Positions 1-12,249 of a stretch of DNA of 64,000 bases are shown here, piece by piece. The DNA comes from Hemiscyllium ocellatum (taxonomy: Eukaryota), in NCBI RefSeq assembly GCF_020745735.1, contig NC_083448.1:5764006-5828005 (forward strand), written 5' to 3'. The notes beneath the pieces are model-generated. The model was not told the DNA's origin and made no database searches. It worked only from the letters and a program-made list of their open reading frames with translations. Position 1 is the first letter of the stretch; each line of letters begins with the position of its first letter. The translations under genes were made by a program, and so were the position numbers.

Positions 1-1482
1 CGCATCTCTGCCTTTACGTCATGTTGGCTCCACTTTCCCACTCAAAGATGAGCTTCAAATTTTTTCAAATTCAATTGGCCTTTTTTTTTCGTCTGGAGTT
101 ATCAATCCCTGGGGTTGCTATTTCCAATCCAGTGTAATCACTCTGTATCACCCTATATTTTGTTCCTGCTGTCAATTGAAATCTTTTACATTCTCTCCCT
201 TTTTGATTTTAAACTGACGTGATACCTCCTTTCCACCGAGGCCAGCCGTTGTAAGATAGAATCTTGCATTTTTATTTGTACGTTACGAGAAAATGCTGAC
301 TTCTGTCTCGTCCGTTTTTATTTCCCTTCGCATCCTCACTGTTCCTTACTATGTGAGGGAAAATTTCAGCTTCCAACTTTCTTCACCCCAGCCATTGTTT
401 TGTGAAGACAGCACAAGATTAATTTGTCATGTTCCTGCTGAGCTGCAGCAGTCCCTGTTGAAGATGGAGATTGTCAGTGAAGGTAAATACAAGCTACGGC
501 CATCATTGGAAGCATGACCTGAGCATGAGTCTGAGAAAAGGGAAATCCTGAGTTTTTTATTTAAAGTGTATTTGAAGTTCGGTTGAACTTGAAAAAGTAT
601 TTGCACCCAACAGATCCTAACATGTCTGATATGTGGGTGGGAATATGGAAGGAAGCAAAGACCACTCCTGCTTACATTAAGAATATGACAGTAGTTAGAA
701 TTGTCCACACTCTACTCACTAACATTGAAAACTAAGCAAATCAATGGTTCTTCAGTTTGTACCAAGCAGATGCAACCATGAAGCCACAGAGTTGGATTCG
801 TTACCTTTTCCCACGAAAGATTCAAGAACAAGATACAGATGTAAAGAAATAGTCTCTGCTTCATTAATCCATGTGAGGGGGAAAAAAAAAGTGGTTTCGG
901 TTCGGAATGCAATGCTTGAGTGTGTTCAAAGGAAGAATGTGTAGGGTTACAATCCCAATGCAGGAGAATGACACGAGGAGGAGTGATGTTGAGAATAGCA
1001 TTAAACAGGAAATGAGAGGAGAGGAATGTGGTTAGGGGTGACGGAGGTCTACGTACACATGATGCACACTAGTAACAATACTGTAGAGGAAGAATTCCTG
1101 AAGGGCTGATGGGATGGTTTTCTGGACCAATCCATTGAGAAACCAGGTCGAGAACAGGCCATCCAAGACTGGATATTGTATAATTTGAAAGGCATAACTG
1201 GCAGTCTAGTTGGACAGTGCTCCTTACCGATGATCAACCATTTGATGATTAACTTCATCAAGCTGGAGTTGATTGAGACTAGGGTCCTGAATCCCCTAAC
1301 AGGAAATTATGATGGTAATAGTAGTTAGTTCTGGTAGAGTTGGGGGTTTGTGGTGGGGGGGGGGGGGGGGGGAAGAGGTGTTGCTGGAAAAGCTTCCGCA
1401 GACATTGAAAGAGAAGGCCTGGCATAAATAGGAAACCGGAAAGGTGGCCGGCTCATGGTTTATAATGGAAGTTATAATTGGT

Positions 1483-2272
1483 CTTAGATTTAACCAAGTG
1501 GTAGATGAAGTTTAATCGAGATAAATGTGAGGTGCTGCATTCTGGGAAAGCAATTAGTAGCAAGACTTATACACTTCATGGTAAGGTCATGGGAAGTGTT
1601 GCTGAACAAAGAGACCTTGGCATACAAGTTCATATCCACTTGAAAGTGGAGTCGCAGGTAGATAGGATCGTGAAGAAGGCATTTGGTATGCTTTCCTTTC
1701 TCGGTCAGAGTATTGAGTAGAGGAGTTGGGAGGTCATGTCGCAGTTGTACAGGATATTGGTTAGGCCACTGTTGGACTATTGCAATTCTGGCCTCCTTCT
1801 TATGGGAAAGATGTTGTGAAACTTGAAGGGGCACAGAAAAGATTTACAAGGATATTGCCAGGGTTGGAAGATTTGAGCTACAGGGAGAAGCTGAACAGGC
1901 TGGGGCTGTTTTCTCTGGAGCGTCGGAGGTTTCTGAAATCATGAGGGCAATGGTCCTTTCCCGGGGATGGGGGAGTCCACAACAAGAGGGCATAGGTTGA
2001 GGGTGAGAGGGGAAAGATGTAAACGAAACCTGAGGGGCAATCTTTTCACACAAAGGGTGGGGCCGGTATGGAATGAACTGCCAGAGGAAGTGGTGGAGGC
2101 TTGTACAACTGTAACATATAAAAGACATTTGGATGGGTATATAAATAGGAAGGGTTTGGAGGGATATGGGCTGGGTGCTAGCAGCTGCAACGGGCTTGGG
2201 TTGGGATATCTGGTCGGCATGGACTAGTGGGACCGAAGGGTCTGTTTCCATGCATGACCTCTCTATGACTCA
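1483..2272 (+). mobile_element. CR1/HER1 LINE 3' fragment
   Basis: MKFNRDKCEVLH...KKAFGML and FTQRV..WNELPEEVVEA peptides; CTATGACT tail. Confidence 0.9.
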
Positions 2273-2869
2273 ATTGGCCACTAAAAAAAAGGCCTAAGTG
2301 ATGAAAGCAGTTTGGAAATCAGCAAAGGAGGACAATGGTACTGCTTAAGGGATAGTTGGCTTTTGGGAACATAGCCTTAGCAACTCAAAATTTCTATGTG
2401 AAGGACAAGAGATTGGCTTCTACAATGTCGATCCCTCACATGGAGAATCAGGGGATTGATGCTGGGGTGCGAAGAAGGGTCTGATCAACGAACAACATAT
2501 GGTGGGTAGGTGCTCACAGAGAGGGATGCAAACAGCATCAGAACTGATTGATGATTACACGTCTGAGCCTTGAAGACCAAGTCTCGGCAGTGAAGAATGT
2601 ATTGATTCATGATCATCTGACAGAAGAAATTTATGACTTCAGTCTTTTCTTAAAAAATGTATTCATTTATGCATTGTGCGTGGCAGTGGCTGGGCCAGCA
2701 TTTATTATCTGTCCCAGGCTGCCCAGGAAGAGGGGATGATAAGCTGCTGCTTTGAAGTGCTGAAGTCCACTTCTTGTGGGTTGACCCACAATAACATTAG
2801 GGAGAGAATTCCAGGAACACCTGATGTATTTCCAAATTAGGTTGGTGAGGGCCTTAGCGGTGGTGGTAT

Positions 2870-2995
2870 TGATGAAGGGCTTATGCTCGAAACGTCGAAT
2901 TCTCTATTCCTGAGATGCTGCCTGGCCTGCTGTGCTTTGACCAGCAGCACATTTGCAGCTGTGATCTCCAGCATCTGCAGACCTCATTTTTTACT
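2870..2995 (+). mobile_element. Penelope-like element terminal (pLTR) fragment, truncated inside the hammerhead core
   Basis: TGATGAAGGGCTTATGCTCGAAACGTC followed by the CCAGCATCTGCAGACCTCA end shared with 43560-43683. Confidence 0.75.
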
Positions 2996-3689
2996 CTATG
3001 CTGGTTTTGTCTGCCCAAACCCCAGGAGTTGTGGGTTTGAAAAATGCTGTTATGAAATTATGCCCTTTGGTCAAACAGCAACAGCGGACTTTGCCCATGG
3101 AGTCTGGTGGTCAAAAACAACCAGCCAACTTACCCAATCCCAAACACACATCTAAATATGAAGTAAACTGTGTGAAAGTTTCCCATGAGCCTCTCCCATA
3201 AGGAGAAACAATCTGTCAAGAACCTTACTTTAGTGTTACATTGTATTCTGTTACAAAAATATAATGTTGTGCTGGATGTAGGTTTGGTCACTAAGCTGGA
3301 AGCTTTATTTTCAGACATTTTCTCAGCATAAGTAGGTAACATGATGAGTGAAATGAGAGTGTTGGCTGGCCAAACGCAGCAGGTCAGGCACCATCTGAGG
3401 AGCAGGAAAATTGACTTTTCAGGCCTGAGCCCTTCAGGAGTGAGGCTTGGTGGTGGAGAGATAATTCCAACTCTGATCACCAGCATCTGTAGACCTCACT
3501 ATCTCCTAATATAAGCAGAGAGGCTCTGGCTGGAGCTGATAATGTTTTGCTGTTACAGAATTTATGAATAAATAAAAATACGAATTTTGCAGAAAAAGCA
3601 GCAGAATTTTGACATGAGTCACGAGAACTTCAATCCTGTGTCAATGACCAATATTAGACCTTGTCTGGTGAGCCATTAACTCAGAGTCA

Positions 3690-3900
3690 ATGAGGCCAAT
3701 TGGCTTTGCTAGGGTGACAGACTGGGGGAAGAGGGAAGGAGTGAATGCAGCATTCTGGGAAATGTAGTCCAATGGGCCCGATCAGACGCAGAATTGAACA
3801 GAGGATGGTATGGAAGAACTACAACTTCCGGCATGCCCAACTAACACCGGTGACCGCCCAACCCGCGACCAATCGGAGCTGGCGTTACAGAGCAGCGCCC
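3690..3900 (+). promoter_or_regulatory. C2orf42 promoter: two ZNF143/THAP11-type ACTACAnnTCC(C/G) motifs in opposite orientation plus CCAAT boxes
   Basis: The minus strand reads GGACTACATTTCCCAGAATGC (~3750-3770) and the plus strand ACTACAACTTCCGGCATGC (~3818-3836). CCAAT occurs at ~3696, ~3769 and ~3869. Local CpG enrichment. Confidence 0.75.
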
Positions 3901-4025
3901 AGCGCTATTTGTAAGGAGTGAAGGGGCGACGCGTCTGAGGAGAGGCCGTCTCCCGATTCCGTGAGGAGGAGGAGGAGGAGGAAACCTGGGCCCTCCCACC
4001 TCAAAGTAGTGTTGGCTGAGGGGAG
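3900..4025 (+). other. C2orf42: Putative non-coding exon 1 of C2orf42 (start approximate)
   Basis: CpG-rich segment after the promoter motifs, ending in a strong donor GAG|GTGAGT at 4026. Confidence 0.6.
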
Positions 4026-4134
4026 GTGAGTTCATGTGGTCTCTAATTTTACAGAACATTTAAAAAAATAAAAATGTTTTTTTCAATGAGGCGACGCTCC
4101 TCCGAAGGCGGGCGGGGCCTGAGCACCCTGAGTG

Positions 4135-7100
4135 ACACCCTGCCCCTCCCCACATCCCTCACCCTGCCCCGCCCCCACATCCCTCACCCTGCCCCGCCCC
4201 CACATCCCTCACCCTGCCCCTCCCCACATCCCTCACCCTGCCCCGCCCCCACATCCCTCACCCTGCCCCGCCCCCACATCCCTCACCCTGCCCCGCCCCC
4301 ACATCCCTCACCCTGCCCCTCCCCACATCCCTCACCCTGCCCCGCCCCCACATCCCTCACCCTGCCCCGCCCCCACATCCCTCACCCTGCCCCGCCCCCA
4401 CATCCCTCACCCTGCCCCGCCCCCACATCCCTCACCCTGCCCCGCCCCCACATCCCTCACCCTGCCCCCCCCCCCACATCCCTCACCCTGCCCCGCCCCC
4501 ACATCCCTCACCCTGCCCCGCCCCCACATCCCTCACCCTGCCCCGCCCCACGTCACTCACCCTGCCCCGCCCCACACCCTGCCCCGCCCCCACATCCCTC
4601 ACCCTGCCCCGCCCCCACATCCCTCACCCTGCCCCGCCCCCACATCCCTCACCCTGCCCCGCCCCACGTCACTCACCCTGCCCCGCCCCCACACCCTGCC
4701 CCGCCCCACATTCCTCACCCTGCCCCGCCCACACACCCTGCCCCTTCCCCACATCCCTCACCCTGCCCCGCCCACACACCCTGCCCCACCCCACATCCCT
4801 CACCCTGCCCCGCCCACACACCCTGCCCCTCCCCACATCCCTCACCCTGCCCCGCCCCCACATCCCTCACCCTGCCCCGCCCCACGTCACTCACCCTGCC
4901 CCGCCCCCACACCCTGCCCCACCCCACATCCCTCACCCTGCCCCGCCCACACACCCTGCCCCTCCCCACATCCCTCACCCTGCCCCGCCCCCACATCCCT
5001 CACCCTGCCCCGCCCCACGTCACTCACCCTGCCCCGCCCCCACACCCTGCCCCGCCCCACATTCCTCACCCTGCCCCGCCCACACACCCTGCCCCACCCC
5101 ACATCCCTCACCCTGCCCCGCCCCCACACCCTGCCCCGCCCCACATTCCTCACCCTGCCCCGCCCACACACCCTGCCCCGCCCCCACACCCTGCCCCACC
5201 CCACATCCCTCACCCTGCCCCACCCCACATCCCTCACCCTGCCCCGCCCCACATCCCTCACCCTGCCCCGCCCCCACACGCTGCCCCGCCCCCACACCCT
5301 GCCCCGCCCCCATACCCTGCCCCGCCCCCACACCCTCCCCATCCCCATTCCCCACACCCTCACCCTCCCCCACATGCCCCACCCTGCCCTTCCCCCACAC
5401 CCTCCATCACATTCCTCACCCTCCCCCACCCCCTCCCCCTCCCCCACATCCTCCCCCTCCCCCCACATCCCTCCCCCTCATCCCTCCCCCTGCCCCACCC
5501 CCATCCCCTCCCCCACATCCTCCCCATCCCCCACCTCCCTCACCCTGCCCCGCCCCCACACCCTCCCCATCCCCCACATTCCTCCCACATCCCCTCCCAC
5601 ACCCCCTCCCTCACACTTTCATCCTCCACATCCCCTCCCGCACACTTTCATCCCCTACCATTCCTCTCCCCCACACCCTCCCATCCCCCACATCCCTCCC
5701 ACACCCCCTCCCTCACATTTTCATCCCCCACCCTCCCCAGCCCCCACATCGCTCCCACACCCCCTCCCTCACACTTTCATCCCCCTCCCCCTACCATCCC
5801 TCTCCCCCACACCCTCCCCTGCCCCTCCCCATCCCCCACACTCTCCCCCTGCCCCTCCCCATCCCCCACACTCTCCCCCTGCCCCTCCCCATCCCCCACA
5901 CTCTCCCCCTGCCCCTCCCCATCCCCCACACTTTCATCTCCCTCCCCCACACCCTCCTTCCCCTCCCCCACATTCTCCTTCACATGCCCCACATTCTCCT
6001 TCACATGCCCCACATCCCTCCACATCCCCCACATCCCTCCACATCCCCCACATCCCTCATCCCCTCCCCCACCCCATCCCCATCCCCTCCCCATCCCCAT
6101 CCCCATCCCCTCCCCATCCCCATCCCCCTCTACCACACCCTCCTCCCCATCCCGCTCCCCCACACCTTCGTCCACCCCCACACACCTCCTCCCCCTCCCC
6201 ATCCCCCATACCATCCCCCTGCCCCACTGTCCTCATCCCCCACACCTTCCTGCCTCTCCCCATCTCCCTATCTCCCTCCCTCACATCTTCATCCTCCTCC
6301 CCATCCCTCATATTGTCCCCCTCCCCCACACCTTCATCCCACTTTCCCCAACATCCCCATTCCCCCACACCTTCATCCCCACCTCCTCCATTCACCACCT
6401 ACACCCTCATTTCCCACCTCCGACACCGCCCCTCCCCTTCACCCCCTCACCCACACCCTTATCCCCACCTCCTCCATCTTCCACTTACCATCACCTCCCC
6501 CATCCCCCACACCTTCATCCCCACCTCCTCCAGCATCCATTTACCACCGTTCCCCACCCATACCCCATCCCCATTGCACACTCCACTCCCCTACATCCCT
6601 CACCCACATCCCTCTTAACCCACCCCCCTTCACCACCTGCCCCCTTCCATCCAACCCCCTTGCCCATTCTCATCTCCCTTCCCCATCCCCATTCCCCATG
6701 TCTTTCCCCCCAACACCTTCCCCTATCAAGATCCCTCTTCCTCCCCACCCCCTTTGCCCCAACCCACTTCACCCCTCCAATCGTTCCACCCAAAACCTAC
6801 TATGACCCAGTTTTGCCAATCACCATCCCTCCACAATCCTCCTTTGCCCACATTCTGCTTCCCCCCCCATCCCTTCTTCCAATTATCTTCTCCCCGAATC
6901 CCTCTTTCCCCCATTCTCTTTCCTCCCATTGTTCCCCCCCCATTGTTTTCCCCCCATTGTCTTTCCCCCATTCCTCTCCCCCCATTCCTCTCCCCCCATT
7001 CCTCTCCCCCCATTCCTCTCCCCCCGTTCCTCTCCCCCTGCATTCCTCTCCCCCCTGTTCTCCTCTTCCCCCCCCCCGTTCTCCTCTTCCCCCCGTTCTC

Positions 7101-7320
7101 CTCTCCCCCCCCCGTTCCTCTCTTCCCCCCCCATTCCCCTTCCCCTTCCCCCTTCTCCCCCCCCCCCCCCCCCCCCCCCCCCCCCACCACAAATTCCCTC
7201 CCCTCCCAATTCCCTTCTCCAGCCCTAACTCATTGTCCTGGCCCCTTCCTCTCCATCTACTTGCACCCTCCCCTTCACCTCCGTTCACCCCACGCGCTTT
7301 CCCACAACCCCCCATCTCCC
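4135..7320. repeat. C-rich 24-25 bp minisatellite (CACATCCCTCACCCTGCCCCGCCCC) decaying into a polypyrimidine low-complexity tract
   Basis: The unit recurs at 4151, 4176, 4201 and so on to ~5340, then degenerates into C/T/A-rich sequence. It explains the Pro/His-rich and Gly-rich ORFs. Confidence 0.95.
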
Positions 7321-7640
7321 GTCACATTCTGCAATGGTCATTGTCTATTTCCACTTGTGACTTTATGGTGGCGGGAAGATCATTGATGAAACAATAAAAT
7401 GGTTGGGCCTCAGACGCGACCCAACAGAGATGTTGGCCTTCAAAAAAATGCAACCGTGTTTGTCCAATGTCTGGATTTATATGTTCTGCCATTTCATAGC
7501 TTCTATCATTGAGTCTATGCGCCGTTTACCCAAAATTCTGAATGCTTTTTTGGTATTTTAATTCTACTGTTAAAGCGAAGGACACTTACAGAGTATTCCT
7601 TTCATCAAGAAACACTTCACTGGGATTCTTCCTGAGGTAG

Positions 7641-8050
7641 ATAGAGTCTTAGAGATGTACAGCACAGAAGCAGACCCTTCGGTCCAACTCGTCCATGCCA
7701 ACCAGCTATCCCAACCTAATCTAGTCCTATTTGCCAACACTTGGCCCATATCCCTTAACCATTTCTATTCATATACCCATCCAGATGCCTTTAAAATGCT
7801 GTAATTGTACCAGCTTCCACCACTACTTCTGGCAGCACATTCCCTAAACGCACCACCCTCTGTAAAAGTTGCCCCTAAGGTCTCTATTAAATTTTTTCCC
7901 TCTCACCCTAAACCTATGCTGTCCACTTCTGGACTCCCTCACCCAAGGGGAAATACCTTGTCTATTTACCCTTCACAATACAAGTAAATCTCTAAGGTAC
8001 CCCTCAGCTGTCTTGTATATCTTTTCTGAACCCTTTCAAGTTTCACAACA
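7641..8050 (-). mobile_element. CR1/HER1 LINE 3' fragment
   Basis: Reverse complement of the CR1 3' end seen at 24200-24480. Confidence 0.85.
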
Positions 8051-9159
8051 CTTTTTTTTGAAAAGAAGAAATTTAAGTAAGTGTTGAAGTTGAAAGAATG
8101 TAAAATAAACCGTATGGAAATTAAAGTTTCATGGGCATTATAGTCAATGTACTGTGATGTTTGTGATCTTCTGAGTCTGTAATGTGTGATATGTATGTCT
8201 TGTAGAACTCTGCCCAAAGTCTGGACAAAGCAAGCACGAAGAAAGCAAAGAAGGTGAATAGTTTGTAAACATCTGTTGAAAAGATTAAATGTAAAGCGTG
8301 ATCGATAACTATTACAATGGAGCCAACTACATTAATGTAGTATTTTCAACACTTACCTTTTAAAAATTAAAATATGAAAATGCCCATACTTGGTTCTTGT
8401 TCTTCTGCACAGGTCACATTTTATTCAGTGTTTTCTCTAGACAATGGGATTTGTCCAAATTTTACAGGAACTGAGCGATGTGTGTGTCTGATAGAGTTAG
8501 GATGAAATTAGTGAATAGTGATTGGAAAATAGAGATTATAGTCTTGTATCCATTGATGTCCTTCTTAACGTGACCTCTCTCCAGTTTTTGGGGAAAGTAA
8601 ATTTTCTACTTGGTTCTTTTCTGTTCCTCATAAAACTCCAGGACACTTGAAAGGCTTCCACTATCTTGTGTAAAAGTTCCTGATAACTTGTGCAGCAGTC
8701 ACTTTAAACTAGCACTAACTACAACGGCACTTAAACATTGCAGTTTTGGAAAAGCAAAGCCAAATTTTTTTTAAACGCATAGTGGCTTAAAGATTTTCCT
8801 GTTTGCTGTTATTCAGTTTTCTTGCGATCCAGAAACGGAATACAGAACTCCACATTTTAATCGATAAGTGACCTTCTCAAGAATTTTGAAACATTGAAAT
8901 GTTGGAGAAGTGATGAGCTTTTTTGAGACAAGATGGGAAGCCTTTTTTGAAGGAGTGACTGCCAGTTGCATTGTCTGTTTTTGCATACGAACATGAACAT
9001 TTTTGAACAGTTTTCCACTGATTTTAACAAACTGGGACTGGAGTTGATTAGAGTGACCACTCACCCTAAACCTAACAGCCACATCTAAAAGAGACCTCTT
9101 GAAACCGGGTCTCTACTTCTTCATCATATCGACAGTGCTAATTGTTGCAGGCAAGCTAT

Positions 9160-9737
9160 TTCTTGCGGTGGATGTAGGGTGTTGAGACTGTCATACATCT
9201 CCTGGGATGTGCCTTTGCAAAGACAGTCTGAAGAGAGATGCGGTGGTTTTTGTCCAGGTTCATCCTGAGCGACTATGTGACATGGGTACTCTGTGCTGTA
9301 TAGTCTGTTCCCCAGGTGACACACTGAGACAAAGCCTGACTGCACCTGGAGGACCATCAACTGAGAGAAAGATGTTCTTTGCTCTGCCAGAAATTTGTTG
9401 ATCTCCCTGACTGACACACTCCAAGGTCCAGGGCGACATGCTGAGGGACGCAGTAAAGCTTGGGGCAGCTACTGCCAAGGCACAGTGGGGAAAGACCACT
9501 GTCTGAAATCTTCCTGCTGAAGTTCAAGGGGGGGTCCATTCAGTTACCAGACCCTCCTAGTGCCTAAAATGCATGGAAATACAGTCTGGCTCAAGTAGGA
9601 GATGTCTTTGGTTTGTTGGATCGAGTCAAACTCCAATGTTTGTTTGTTTCCTTGATATGCTACTGTGCAGAACCAAACTGTGTTTGTGACTGTGTACATC
9701 TATAAAGGTATTTTTTAAGAATAAAATATATTTTGAA
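9160..9737 (+). mobile_element. Tx1/L1-clade LINE 3' remnant
   Basis: Decayed ETVIHLL..CAFAK..W and LRDAVKLGAATAKAQWGKTTV* peptides, ending in an AT-rich tail with AATAAA. Confidence 0.65.
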
Positions 9738-9859
9738 ACTTTAAGGAAGACTCTTGAGTACTGCAACGTAATTATCTTCTCAAACCTTGCCTTGCTTATT
9801 TGACGATCTGAACTGCTTTTCTCTCCAGTAGGGTATAAACAAGGTCACTCACGTGAGAG

Positions 9860-10697
9860 ATGGAGCAGCAGCCAGAGAGGATGAAAACCTTGGCTTTCCT
9901 GGCCGACTTGGGCAAACCTACTCTTCGGGGCATCAAGAAGTGCCCCAAGTGTGGCACCATCAATGGCACTCGTGGACTGAGCTGCAAGAACAAAAGCTGC
10001 GGTGCTGTCTTCAGAGATGGCGTGCGGAAGCAGCAACCCAGCATTGACGCCGTTCGCATAGTCACCGGATCTGCTTCGCAGGTTTACTCAGTGAGGCTTC
10101 GCGACCGAGGACCTGATTACCGGGGCTTTGTGGAACTTGGCACGACGGAGGCAATTCAGACAGTCGACGGCACCATCATCACGCACGTGACCGGCCGCTG
10201 CCTAGTACCCACCTGCTTCAAAGCCTCCTCGCAGGAGGTCTCTGAGAATCAGTGCCAGCACATAAAGCTCGCCATGGAGTGCCATGTGGAAGCCACTCCG
10301 CACACTCTGAAGAGCTCCGTGCTGAACTCCCTCCAGGTGGCCGCTGAGACCAAGCAGGCCATCTGGAGCCTGGCGACTGAATCGAGCGGACCCCTGGTGC
10401 AGAGGATCACCAGGAGCATCATGGTGGTGAAGTGCAAAGCCAGCCCCAAGCACACTTTGGGTTTCCTGCACGTTTCATTCCACGAGAAGGCTCGGATGAA
10501 GGGCGTGACCGAGCGCAAGTTCTACTGCTCCTGCCAGGCTTTCAAAGCCAGCAAATCGAGCGCCAACAAAGAGGAGCCAGCGAAACGATGCATTCACTTC
10601 TATGCATGTGTCTGTGCCTTTGTCAGCGATGAGAAGCTGGGGAAAGAATTTTCCTACTTCATCAACTTTGAATCTGTCAGTAGGTGCAGGAGTTCCG
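9860..10697 (+). CDS. C2orf42: C2orf42 homolog, coding exon 1 (treble-clef Zn finger plus SWIM-like Cys/His motifs)
   Basis: [48 protein letters not shown]... closely matches recalled human C2orf42. Acceptor CAG/TAG at 9826-9831. Phase-1 donor G|GTGAGT at 10698, with an alternative A|GTAGGT at 10680. Confidence 0.95.
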
Positions 10698-10829
10698 GTG
10701 AGTACAAATTTGACTGCGTTATCTCCTGATGATGTTGCAAAGTCTGGAAGGTGCACTCCTTCCTAGATTTACTCAACAAATCTGAATATACTTGAGCTAA
10801 ACAGGAGGGGTGTTTGCTTTTGCTTACAA

Positions 10830-11095
10830 ACACTCGGGAGTTTGGATGGAGACAGGAGACCCCCCGACGCTATTTAGAAAAGAATGGGGGAGTTCTCCCC
10901 GGTGTCCAAGCCAACTTTGATCTCTCAACCAACACAGAAACAGATTGCCTTTATCATTATCACACTGTTGTTTGTGGGATCTCTCTGTGCGCAATCTGGC
11001 TGTTCTGTTTTCCACATTAATACCGTCTTGGCTCAAGAAAGTGCTTTGAGATACGCTGAAGATGCAAACAGTGCCATGGAAATGCAAATCTTGAT
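10830..11095 (+). mobile_element. Deu-domain SINE (SacSINE1/AmnSINE1-like); related copies near 35900-36160 (-) and 47400-47700 (+)
   Basis: GGGAGTTCTCCCCGGTGTCC...TCAACCAACAC...GTTTGTGGGATCT..CTGTGCGCAA resembles the recalled Deu-domain core. Confidence 0.65.
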
Positions 11096-11271
11096 TTTAA
11101 ACCCATTTGTGTGAGGGTGTAGATCAGCAGAACTGAGCTCAGCCATCAATAAAATCACTGTTTCAAAATTAAAAAATATCATACAAAGAAACATGAGTAT
11201 CCAGGTTCCCGAAACAGCTCAGAATTTATATCCAGAGAGCTCATGACACTCGTGACTCCATTCAAACACTG

Positions 11272-11634
11272 TAGAGGTTTACAAAATCATGGGCATGGAT
11301 AGGATAAATAGACAAAGTCTTCTCCCTGGGGTGGGGGAGTCCAGAACTACAGGGGCATAGGTTTAGGTGAGAGGGGAAAGACATAATAGGGACCGACAGG
11401 GCAACATTTTCATACAGAGGGTGGTAGGTGTCTGGAATCAGCTGTCAGAGGAAGTGGTGGAGGCTGGTACAATTGCAACATTCAAAAGGCACCTTGGGAA
11501 TATGAATAGGAAGGGTTTGGCGGGATATGGGCCAAGTGCTGGCAGGTGGGACTGGATTGGGTTGGGATATCTGGTCGGCTTGGACTGAAGGGTCTGTTTC
11601 CGTGCTGGACATCTCTATGACTCTATGACTATGA
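11272..11634 (+). mobile_element. CR1/HER1 LINE 3' fragment
   Basis: WNQLSEEVVEAGTIATFKRHL; (CTATGACT)n tail. Confidence 0.9.
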
Positions 11635-12249
11635 CAACAACACAACAAGCAGCAATTCTGCGATTTACACATGAATGTCTGAGTTATAACTTTGCATAGA
11701 TTAATGTACTGGCATTCAAGTGCTCTTTCCAAGTACTTGAACATTGTTCCCCTAGTGAGGACATTTGGTCCTCTAGTGAGTTGCCTTTCTGGTTTGTAAA
11801 AGATATTTCCATGTATTGGTTAGTGGTTTTGCTTCCTGTGACCTTTCACCCTTTGCCTTCTGTCCTGAAGGCAGCAATTCTCTGAAGGGGCAGAGGCAGC
11901 TTCTGGTATCTCCCTTTCAGTGGGAGCTGGAAGATTGATTTTGGAGAGGGCTCCATCGTTAAACTAGCGCACGTGGACTCTCCACAGGCTGTCAGTGGAT
12001 AACAGTTAGGAGCAGAGAAGCAGCAGTGATTTCTTGTCCCTTTGTCTTGCTGCATCAGAAATTTGGCCTTGATGGAAGGCTGGAGCTAGATTGTTAATGT
12101 TACATAGCCTAAGAATTTGATGGATTCCTACCTGTTACTTTGCCAAGCAATCATTCCTGGTGGAACACTAAGGAAATCACCCAGTTAGTTTATGTTATTA
12201 TATTGTAACATCTAGCTCGGCCATCAGAGATCGAACCAAAACAGGTGGT

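Noticed and set aside
370-482. Possible + strand exon (CAG...GAAG|GTAAAT) within ORF 293-517
   Set aside because: No recognisable homology, weak pyrimidine tract and no partner exon identifiable in the window.
4074-7397. 1107-aa Pro/His-rich ORF and the overlapping Pro- or Gly-rich ORFs
   Set aside because: Artefact of a C-rich minisatellite that lacks stop codons in several frames on both strands; it lies in an intron.
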